Assembly: GCA_001643675.2 (NCBI GenBank)
Contig: LSRY02000031.1
Location: forward strand, 62,001 to 126,000
DNA length: 64,000 bases
Reading direction: 5' to 3'
Source of the DNA: Monocercomonoides exilis PA203
Taxonomy: Eukaryota; Protista; Preaxostyla
In this document: positions 1 through 10,310 of the stretch, in pieces
How positions within the stretch are numbered: position 1 is the first letter of the stretch
How the letters are laid out: every line of letters begins with the position of its first letter
The notes under the pieces: model-generated
Databases searched by the model: none
Told to the model about the DNA's origin: nothing
What the model saw: the letters and a program-made list of their open reading frames with translations, nothing else
Translations under genes and position numbers: made by a program

Positions 1-138
1 TGTGATATTATTTTCGAAAATGTATTTCATAAATGTGTTAGTGACTTATTATCAAAGAAGTACTAATAATCTCGCTGTTTGAGTTCAAACGTATAGGAAG
101 AAATATTTTAGCTTTATGAATTGTATTTAATGTTATAT

Positions 139-611
139 GGGGCAAAATATTATGCTTCAAGCATTTTCATTGAAAAATTATGAACTTTTCATGGACTTTT
201 TGAGACCAAAAAACATATTAAAAAAGGGTTCAATTTTTGACATTCGTGAAATGTTGGAAAACATTATGTTTTTTTTTTTTTTTTTTTACGACGATGCCTG
301 TTGAAGGAAATGAAAATCAAATTTGTTTTGAAAACATATGGGGGAAAATAGGAACTTTCAGGTTTTTTTTTTGCACCAGTCATTGAAAAATTGCTTCACT
401 CATAACTTTATTTAGCATTCTCAGAATTCAAAAAAAAATTTGATTTTCATATCTAGTTAACAGGCATCATTGATATAATAACAAAATGTTTTGTGTCATT
501 TCACGTATGTCAAAAAATGAACACTATTTTATTAAGTTTTTTGATCTCAAAAAGTCCATGAAAAGTGCATAATTTTTCAATGAAAATGCCTGAAGAAAAA
601 TATTTTTCCCC
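139..611. mobile_element. Foldback MITE-like element: a full ~272-bp unit (340-611) plus an inverted partial unit (139-~335)
   Basis: AT|GGGGCAAAATATT... at 139 is the reverse complement of ...AATATTTTTCCCC|AT at 611. Arms of ~200 bp are roughly 80-85% identical by eye. Related units occur at 34285-34553, 35330-35596 and 12362-12538. Confidence 0.75.
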
Positions 612-1113
612 ATATGTTATTTCAATATTTTTATGTTTAATGAATAGGAAATTGATGATTTGAAAAAAATAGAAATATAAAAATACAATAAAAATATTCA
701 TTTTAAGGTCATGATTAAAATGAATAAAGAATCAATTAATCGTCGCTCCAATTTGATGCATTAGCACCATCAGAAATCTCATCACTTGAAGAATTGTCAT
801 CTTCTGGAACAGAAATATCATCAATATCATCTATATCAGGAACATCATTTTCGATTTCTTCTTCTTCTTCTATGATTTCTCTCTCATTTTCTCTTCCATA
901 GACGATATATCCCACTATATTCAAAGAAGATACTTTCAAAGTTTTTTCATACTCCCCAAAAAATGATTATTTCCAATATATTTCTCCCTTATGCCATGCC
1001 TTAAAAAAAATTCTCAGATGAGACCACATTCATTCTACTGCATTTGTGTATGTCTACGAAATTTGATCCACTTTACACTTTGAATGATTAAATGTTGGAT
1101 GAATGAAACCATG

Positions 1114-3787
1114 GGCATAGGTGTAACTGCGTCCCTTTTGCAATTCTTGTTTTTAACAATTAATTTTATGATGCTTGAAAAGCAAAAATTATTTATAAAC
1201 TTTTGTATGGACCGATTTTTCGTAAAACTTTTTGTTTGTCGTGAAAAAATTTATTTTAAAAATGACCCATAAATATGAGTATTTGAATAAAATTTTTAAA
1301 ATCAAAAACAAATAAATCCTGAAAAATATCTTGAATGTCTCTAAATGCATTGTACACTTATATTTGTTTGATATTTTCACGAAAAATATAAATTTGAAAT
1401 TTAATTTATTTATATGCAATCATTTGATCAAACCCATATTTTAATTTTATTTATTTGGACAACTTTAATTTGACGGTGCGGGTTATGCAATGTTCGAACG
1501 TATGTATTTGTTGTTTCTATATGTGATCATTATCAAATGCAAATTATACCAATTGTGTTCGTGTCAGAATATCCTGTTTCTGCTTTTTCAATTGCTAATA
1601 CAAGTTTCAAAGAAAAATCTTTGCTTTCAAAATCTTTCATTTCATAAAATGCTGTTGTACAATTGACACATTTATTTTCTTTGCACAAGACTGAAATGTG
1701 AAGCCAACATGTATTGCAAAATGACAAAATCACGTATTCAACAATCTGTTTGCAATTTATTTTGTTTGGAACATTTGTTATTTACTCTTATATTTCGTAA
1801 AGTACAAGGAAAAGATCATTCCTTTAGGAAGGAATGCAGGAGTTTTGATATTGATACATAGAAGCTAAATTGAAGGGGCATTATCAGATAAGAGCAAAGA
1901 AGGAGGAGCACTGAAGATCGTTCTGAAGAATGGAGGATTTATGGCACTTGAAAATAGTTCATTTGTTGGATGTGTTTGTCAGAATGGGAGTGAGGGTGGA
2001 AAAGGAGGAGGGATTTATCTGGATTGCAGCTCAAATGGAGAAGCATTTCACCTTTCATCGATATCATTTTCTGAATGCTCAGCAACAGTTGGGAAGAACA
2101 TGTTTGTGAAGAGTGGGAATCTGGTGAACAGTGTGAATACAGAACGTTTTGCATTTGATTGCACAGATTACGTGGAGGATGGGAATGCATTTGTTGGAGA
2201 AGATGGGATTTGTGGAGAAATGGATCTTCGAGTGTTTCTTGTTGAAATGAAGGGAATGGAGGTTTGTGTGTCAATGGAGGGGTATGACACATTGGGATGT
2301 GGAAGTGAAAAATTCCCATGTGAATCGATGAAAAGTGGAATTGACCACATTGACATGAATGGAGGGGAAGGAGAAAGGAAAGTGAAGGTTAAAGATGAAG
2401 GGATAATTGAAGATATTTATTCTTTCACAGATGCACTTGCGATTGATGGAAGTGTGATTGATGAAGATGAAACCAAACACAAGCCTGTTCAGTTTAATGA
2501 GAGAATCAAAGGGAATTCAGCATTTGCTTCATCTGTTATTTCTTCAACTGCCTCGCTCATCTTGCTGTCTTTGAAGTTACAAATTCCAAGTCAATTTGCA
2601 CCAATCATGAATTCATTGATATCATCGAGTAATATTCTTCAATTTGAAAACTGTTTATTTGAAATCCAATCATCAACGACCATTCAATACTCATTGATAA
2701 CCACAACCAGTGGAAGTTGCACATTGATAGGATGCAGTTTAATGGGATCTTCATTTGTCAAATCACCATTGGTGATGGCTACTTCTGTTTTATTTGAAAG
2801 CAACAACTTTTCAAACATTAGGAACACTGGAAGTGGTGAAGAAGGAGGCGTTGCAAAAGTTACATTAAAAAATGATGAAAATTTGGCTATTAAATCAACA
2901 AATGCATCATCTTGTTCACTTTCATCGGGCAATGGAAAAGGAGGATTCATGTATTTGGATTGTCAAAATTGCTTTGTATGAAAGAAGTTCTGAATTATTT
3001 TCATTCATAATTTTATTTTCCGTTTTTTCTCACTTCTTCACCCAATTTTTGTTTTTTAAGATAAATGCGATTTCAACAAATACAAGCAATTAAAAGCAGT
3101 TTTGAAAGATAAAGAAATATAAATGAATATTATTTGCTTGAAAAAGTGAAGTGAAAGTCACAAAAGCGATCAATATTGTGAATAAAAAGATTAGGAACAC
3201 CAACACTGGATATTCAAATATTCGGGATGTGAACTTCACAGTAACATAGGGTTGAACAACTAATAAATATAAAATCACAAGAAATAACACAAAAATAAAA
3301 ATGATTCAAAACTTGATAAAAACAAACAAAGACATACATATATATTTAAATAAAAAAACCATTTCATATGATTTATAGCATGACTAACGATTGTTAATAA
3401 CATAATGTTCACAAAATGATTATTTACACTAATTAAAGTTATCCAAATAAATTAAATTAAAATATGGGTTTGATCAAATGATTGCATATAAATAAATTAA
3501 ATTTCAAATTTATATTTTTCGTGAAAATATCAAACAAATATAAGTGTACAATGCATTTAGAGACATTCAAGATATTTTTCAGGATTTATTTGTTTTTGAT
3601 TTTAAAAATTTTATTCAAATACTCATATTTATGGGTCATTTTTAAAATAAATTTTTTCACGACAAACAAAAAGTTTTACGAAAAATCGGTCCATACAAAA
3701 GTTTATAAATAATTTTTGCTTTTCAAGCATCATAAAATTAATTGTTAAAAACAAGAATTGCAAAAGGGACGCAGTTACACCTATGCC
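1114..3787 (+). mobile_element. Non-autonomous cargo-carrying TIR transposon, copy 1 (Pack-type, probably Merlin-mobilised)
   Basis: 357-bp TIRs (1114-1470 and 3431-3787) begin GGCATAGGTGTAACTGCG. Exact 8-bp TSD AAACCATG at 1106-1113 and 3788-3795. No transposase inside. Second copy at 36518-39190. Confidence 0.95.
1941..2981 (+). CDS. Captured fragment (346 aa) of the large Cys/Gly-rich surface-protein family
   Basis: Uninterrupted ORF with family motifs GGKGGGIYLDC, GCGSEKFPC and GKGGFMYLDCQNC. Its 3' end is colinear with 13010-13140. No signal peptide or TM segment. Confidence 0.7.
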   Translation: MALENSSFVGCVCQNGSEGGKGGGIYLDCSSNGEAFHLSSISFSECSATVGKNMFVKSGNLVNSVNTERFAFDCTDYVEDGNAFVGEDGICGEMDLRVFLVEMKGMEVCVSMEGYDTLGCGSEKFPCESMKSGIDHIDMNGGEGERKVKVKDEGIIEDIYSFTDALAIDGSVIDEDETKHKPVQFNERIKGNSAFASSVISSTASLILLSLKLQIPSQFAPIMNSLISSSNILQFENCLFEIQSSTTIQYSLITTTSGSCTLIGCSLMGSSFVKSPLVMATSVLFESNNFSNIRNTGSGEEGGVAKVTLKNDENLAIKSTNASSCSLSSGNGKGGFMYLDCQNCFV

Positions 3788-5159
3788 AAACCATGATCCT
3801 TCAGACTGCTGTATGCACGTTATTTATCGCTCATTATTGTTGTTCCAGGATGGATATGAGATTTTTTTAGAGCAATAAGTGTTTTAGCACTTCTGTCAGT
3901 AACAATAAAAACAAATCTTCTTTTTGTTCTTTTCTTGTCTTCATTTCTTTCAATTCCTCCAAATATCCATATCTGCTTTTTTCTTCTTCCTCTCTTATAT
4001 TTTCTTCTTCTTCAAACTTGTTTGTCTGTTTCAACTGTTTTTCCAACACCACCTATCATGATAAAGTTTCGATCAATGATATTCATGCACTCAACAATTA
4101 AAACACCACTCTTATATCCCACAATTTTTGGATAAACTTCTATTATAAAGCTTATCTGAGCTTGCATTAGCCCTTGTCATAGTAATAAAACGATTAATAA
4201 AAATTTTACCAGACCAATTTTGTTGCTTTCTAATCTTGTATTTTTGAAAACTGTCCGTTTTTTGTTGCAATTGAAGCACATCCGATATCTGTAAGTTCCT
4301 TTTTCATTCAATAAAGCCAAACTCTTATGGTGAATAGTACACTCTTGATGTTTGTCTTGTTAAACAAATCGATAAAACCACTCCCAAGCCTTTTCTTCAT
4401 CAGTGAATGTTTTCAAAAGTTCAAAATTATGTTCCTTTTCATCTTCAGGAAAATCCATTTTCACTGAAATTTTTTTTGATCAAACTCACAAAACGTTGGT
4501 TTCACTCATTATCATATTTTTTTATTAAAAATATTGGTGATTATTTTTAAAATTATAACATTTTTCGGGGTGTTTATTTTTCTTTGATTGTTTGTCATTG
4601 GGAAGAGATTTTGAATTCAAATGTCGAATTCATCGCAACTGTTTTAAAAAACAAATGTGAGAGCTGAATTGAAGATATAGATGTCTTTTATAAGTCTTTC
4701 ACTTTTCAGTGTTCATTTACTGATTTTCACGGAAATATTTCGAATCGAAAATATTGAATGAAAAAATATATTTTGAAAAATAATTACCCATATACTAATC
4801 ATTTTCAAGCATTTTTAATAACATAAAGATTGTTGGAATACACTAATAAATATGTTGTAATAGAAAAATAAAAGTTTTGAGCACTTCGATATAATCCCAT
4901 TATCCCTTGGACTGCAACTGAACAAATTGAATCCTTCAAATAAATTATTCTGGAATATCCTCTTCAATAATGAATCCAATAAATGAAAAACTTAGCAGTC
5001 TTTTGTCGAAGCTTCTGATAAACCTTTTCCCAATTTCATAAATTATTTCTGACATTATAAAATAAAATTATATAAAATTAATATTTTATTTGCGCTTTTG
5101 AATAAAGAAGCACTTTTTTTCTGAGCTCACAAAAGTGGGAATTTTTGATTTTTGGTGAG

Positions 5160-8100
5160 TTGTATTTGAATGAAAAAACTTTTTAATCACGAAAAACTTG
5201 AAGAAAGTGGTTCGTCAATTATTGTTTTAAGCTCTTCCATGTATTCATCACCAGTTTTCTTTTATTTTTGTTCTTTTTTGAAGAGTCATGAAACACTGTT
5301 GTCACTTTTTTCTGCACTTTTTTCCACATGGCCAATCGATGTTCATCAATGTTTCAAATATTGGTAAAAAAACATCTCCAATATATCCAAAATACACAAA
5401 AGTTCCTCCAAGAGATGATATAAACATAACAGCTGACACTTTTATTGATCTTTGGGTGACAATTACAGTTTTATCCAGTTTCAGTTTGATATTCACGCCA
5501 AAACACATGCTGTAATGAAGATCAAACCTATCAACTGTGGAGCCATTTTGAAAAGAAATATGGTTAAGAAGATGACCTCTATTTTGATATCCTTTTTTAA
5601 TAAATTCATCTTTCCTAAAAATGGAATTGACAAGCTCCAATGTTATGTTTGTTGACTTTGAACCACTGAAAACGCTATTCAGTCCACTCACTGTGATTTC
5701 TTCAATTGAAGATAAATAATTGCCATTTTTAAGCACTTGTTTGTTTGTGTGGCTTTGTGTAGGAATAGCTGAGTCAATTGATGCAGAAACTTTTATTGCT
5801 CTGCAAGTGGCTTCCCTATCAGATGAAAACATTGAAAAGAGAATGGAATGGTAATCGCAAATATTGATATCAACATTACTTGCATCAATGGATATCAAAC
5901 AGTTTTTTGTTGGTGGATAAAAACTGTTGCTGGAATTATATTCAATACATTTTTGACTGAATGAATAATTCTTATTGTTGTTCGATCCATTGATTACCCC
6001 TTTTTCAAAAAGTCAAGAAATTCAAATGAATAATAAAAATGAAAAAAAAATAAACAAACCAAATGTATCAAACAAGGTCCTACAAATTCCCAATTTTTCT
6101 GAACACTCATTTAATTCATTGACACATTCGCCCGAGTAATCCATCAGTGTCAGATCGACTGTGAAATTTTCATTATTAATTTTTTTCAATTGAACATTTT
6201 TTTCCGAAGTTGCATCAACAGTTGTTTTTGTTTCCTCAATGTTGAATAGGGCAATTCCCAAAATATTGGAAATTATTGCACCCAACATAAAAAACAAGCC
6301 CACTATAGAAATAAATCCTCCAAATGTTGTCTTTTTTATCTGCTTAATACTATTAGGGTCAACTTTTTAATGGGACTTTTTCCCTTATTGGCACTTTTTT
6401 TGTTTTTGACTGCCAACTTTCAACAAACGTTGATTGGCTTTCAGTACTTCAAAAAACCTTTTTTACAAGTTTAACACAATTTATTAACAGTTTGTTTTTT
6501 AATTTTTGCTTATTACACATTGAGAAATTACGTTTTTTTGTTAAATTTGAAAGGACTTTTACCAGCCAACTAGGCAACGTCCAAGAAATTGGATACATGT
6601 TTTGAATAGCAAATACTATTATCTAACTACTTTTAAATTCTTTTTTTTCATAAACACTTTTTTCTTGTTTTTTTCACATTTCATTTTTTTAACAACATTC
6701 TAACATAAAACCGATTATTTCTTTGTTAATATAATGAAATGAAAAAAATAAAAATTTGATATGGAAAACAAATAGTCTAATAATAAAGTGTTGGAAAAAT
6801 GAAACATTAATTTTTACTATTTATCTGAAACGGACAAATGGCGCTAACTTAAAATAATCGATGATCAAGTTTTTGTAAAAAAGTTAAGTTCTTGACAAAT
6901 TGTAAAAATTAATGTTTCATTTTTCCAACACTTTATTATTAGACTATTTGTTTTCCATATCAAATTTTTATTTTTTTCATTTCATTATATTAACAAAGAA
7001 ATAATCGGTTTTATGTTAGAATGTTGTTAAAAAAATGAAATGTGAAAAAAACAAGAAAAAAGTGTTTATGAAAAAAAAGAATTTAAAAGTAGTTAGATAA
7101 TAGTATTTGCTATTCAAAACATGTATCCAATTTCTTGGACGTTGCCTAGTTGGCTGGTAAAAGTCCTTTCAAATTTAACAAAAAAACGTAATTTCTCAAT
7201 GTGTAATAAGCAAAAATTAAAAAACAAACTGTTAATAAATTGTGTTAAACTTGTAAAAAAGGTTTTTTGAAGTACTGAAAGCCAATCAACGTTTGTTGAA
7301 AGTTGGCAGTCAAAAACAAAAAAAGTGCCAATAAGGGAAAAAGTCCCATTAAAAAGTTGACCCTATGTGTATCTGGATCAAGAGAATCAACGTATTTATT
7401 CGAATAGCCATCAAGCTTCCATAAATACTTCTTTGATGGCAAGCAGAGGAAAAGAAAAGCAACAATTACACCCAATACTGTTGATGCTGAGTATGCAACG
7501 ATATTCGCTTTGAGTTCATCTTCAGAAGGGATTTTATACAACTCTGGTTTGCTGGATTTTAATGATTCAGTCAGAGGATTCTTATTTTCTCTTGAGGCTG
7601 AACCCATCGGGCAATAATCATTATCCGAACAATTTTCATATTTTTTCGAACAATTTTTTCCTGAAAAATGACCAACTGGAACCGGAATGCATGCAAATTT
7701 TTTGGAACCAGAGAAAAATCCATATGTTCCTTCTGGGCATGGAACACACTTTTTGTGACTGAATTCATTTGAATAATAACCAATTTCACAAAATTTACAT
7801 TCTCCATTAATTTCAACAGAACCTGAAGCGCAATCGAATGTGTCATTTTGAAGCTTGAATATTCTTAAAGTGTCAAGTGCCGAAGCCATTACTGTCCCAT
7901 TTTCATTGATCTGTCTCCCTCCAAAGCAGAAAACCTCTCGCTTTTGAACAGCGCATCCAGCTTCAACAACATCAAGATTCTTTCCATTAGAAAATATTGT
8001 TCCGTCATCTTCTGTCACAGATGCTGTTCCATTCTCATAAAATTTGACAACTTTTAAAGTGTTCACTGCCCTTCCATCGTTTATCCCTCCAAACATCAAT

Positions 8101-10272
8101 ACTCTATCATAAAGTGGTAATGCAGTTCCTTTTTGGTTGAAAAACGTTTGATAGAAATTTTCATCCTTGACAACTTCATACAGTGAAAAGCCAATCTTTT
8201 CACCCTTCAACCATTCATCCATTGGGACTCGTTCAAAGTCAACATTTCGAACTTCATGTTTCATTCCGCCAAGATATATCAAATTTTGTATCCATTTTTC
8301 AGCACTGTTATATTTCTCTTTTTGATTTGTATTTTCCGTTTTCCTTGTTTCATACAGAGAGGAATTGGTATAGTTGTTATTATGAATGTTTGGATTACGA
8401 AAAGCATCCGATAAATTATTATTCCTTTTGTGATTTTGAGGATTTTCAAATTTTTCTTCTTTTTTGTGAACCTTCATGTCCATCACAAAAATTGTTGGAA
8501 GAAATGATCCACTAAATATCCCTGAAATCCATCTGTCGGACTGAAATAAAAATAACCCAAAGCGCTCAAATTCATTCCGTAATCACTTCTTCCTCCAATA
8601 ACAAACAAGTAATCCTTGTACATCACCTTTGCTGCACCATATACAGGAATAGGCTTAGAAATTGAATTTTTTCCCAGTTGCTTCCATTTATTTTCCAATA
8701 AAGAAAATTCCCACAATTCATTTGAAGGCTCCACTTTTCCTATTTGAGGATTTGGCCCAAGTCCTCCGAAAATCAATAGACGTCCGTAATCAAAGCAATA
8801 TGAAGCAAGTTCCCTTGCTGGATGAATTTCTGAATCCAAATGTGGAACAACTTTTTCCCACTGCCTGTTATAGCTTGACCAAAATACCATATCGTTAAAT
8901 ATTTCTCCTGTAATGGTATCACGACCACCATAAACAAAATAATGTTCTCCAACATAACCCACAATTGGATTCACTCTGGGCGAAGGTACATAATTATTAA
9001 CTTTAATTAAAGAAATAAACGAAGTGTTGAAATCAGTTGTGAGAAATGCTGAGTCAAAAGCTTTTGAAGAACCACCATTGAAGGACTTATCTGGCAAGGA
9101 AAGGCTATCAACATAAGTTAAAAATGCACTGCAAAATTGTCTTCTTCTATTAATGGAATAATCAGAAAAAATTTCCTTTTCGGTTTGATTCAGTGATAAA
9201 TCCTCTTTCATCACTATGACTAAATCTGCTGTAAGATCATTTGGAGTTTCTCCTCCAAAAATCTAAAGATTCACATCATTATCTGTAGTGTTAGTTCAAT
9301 CAATAAGATAAAAATATTTTTGTTAATGAAATGCTTCCTTAATATATGCAATTGATGGATTTTTCCCTTTTGTGACAACTTCACTGAGATCAAAGAAAAG
9401 TGACGAATTCATTATGTTTGATAAATTGTGAATGTGTTGACCACCGATAATATATGCATAAGCTTTATCTATTGTAACGAACGATGTGTGCCCGAAATTG
9501 GATCTCGATATTGGAACATAACCTTCATTTTTATCATTGCCAGTAATTTTCACATCTTCCCAAACAGGATAAGCATCAACTATTTTAGCTCTGAACATTT
9601 TGAGCAATGAATCTGTGCTGTTTCCTGTGTTACCTCCGAAAACAACAGCATATCCATTGGCCACCAGCATTCCTGAACATTTGCATGGCTTTGGAACTTC
9701 TCCTCTTGAAGTGATATTTAATTTTGTCCATTGATTCGTTTGAGTATCAAATTCCCAAACATTATTTAAAAGCTTAGAGGCACCGATTCCTCCGAAGATA
9801 TAAAGTCTGTCTCCGTCAAAGTCTACGCCATTGAGTATCTTGCCTCGGGAATTGAATCTCCTTGATCAATTTCTCTCCAAATATGAGACGAAAAATCAAA
9901 TGCCCAAAGAATATTTGTAAATCCACTATCTTTCCACCAACCCCAGATGAAAAATGTGTTATTCACTCTGAATTGAGCAAAATTTTTAACAAATGGTTTC
10001 AAACTTTCCAACGGCATGTCTATGCGCTCTATGTGCAAAGGATGTTGTTCAACAATAAAAGCATCTGTTAAAATGCTGTCATCATACGAGACACCTCCGT
10101 AAACGAATAAGCAATCTTTTCCATTGTTTGTGAAAAACTGAACGAAAGGAGAATAACGAGGATTGATCTGACATCCATATTCAGGAAATGTTTCCATTGA
10201 TAGCACAATCTTCTTTTTTTCATTGCTAACAGCACATTTGATGCAATATTAAAATAACAAAAAATTAACCAT
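5160..10272 (-). pseudogene. Kelch-repeat + Cys-rich (GCC2/GCC3, ephrin-receptor-like) + transmembrane protein, disrupted
   Basis: Repeated Kelch motifs (LFVYGG, VVFGG, FVYGGR, LLIFGG, FVIGGR with downstream Trp), then CKFCEIGYYS..CVPCPEGTY and hydrophobic helices. Signal-peptide-like start at 10272 with an early TAA, several frameshifts, and the 6356-7363 insertion. 3' end approximate. Confidence 0.8.
6356..7363. mobile_element. 1008-bp foldback element with 462-bp TIRs and TA target-site duplication
   Basis: Arms 6356-6817 and 6902-7363 are apparently perfect reverse complements (GGGTCAAC...GTTGACCC) around an 84-bp spacer. Removing the element plus one TA restores the host frame DPDTH-NSIKQIKKTTFGGF. 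Confidence 0.95.
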
Positions 10273-10310
10273 AACTTTTGATCTGTTATGTTTATTCAAA
10301 AATTTGAATA

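Larger units (their letters stand above)
736..4458 (-). pseudogene. Merlin/IS1595-family DDE transposase pseudogene, split by the 1114-3787 insertion
   Basis: Manual translation of the right flank gives IGGVGKTVETD..RRKYKRGRRKKQIWIFGGIER..VTDRSAKTL..HIHPGTTIMSDK*RAYSSLKDHG. After removing the insert and one TSD it continues in frame on the left flank as FIHPTFNHSKCKVDQIS*TYTNAVE*MWSHLR. These are DDE_Tnp_IS1595 motifs with in-frame stops. ATG at 4458. Confidence 0.9.

Noticed and set aside
1189-1419. 76-aa ORF MHINKLNFKF occurring four times (1189, 3482, 36593, 38885)
   Set aside because: It lies wholly within the AT-rich TIR and has a non-ATG start. The repetition simply reflects four TIR copies.
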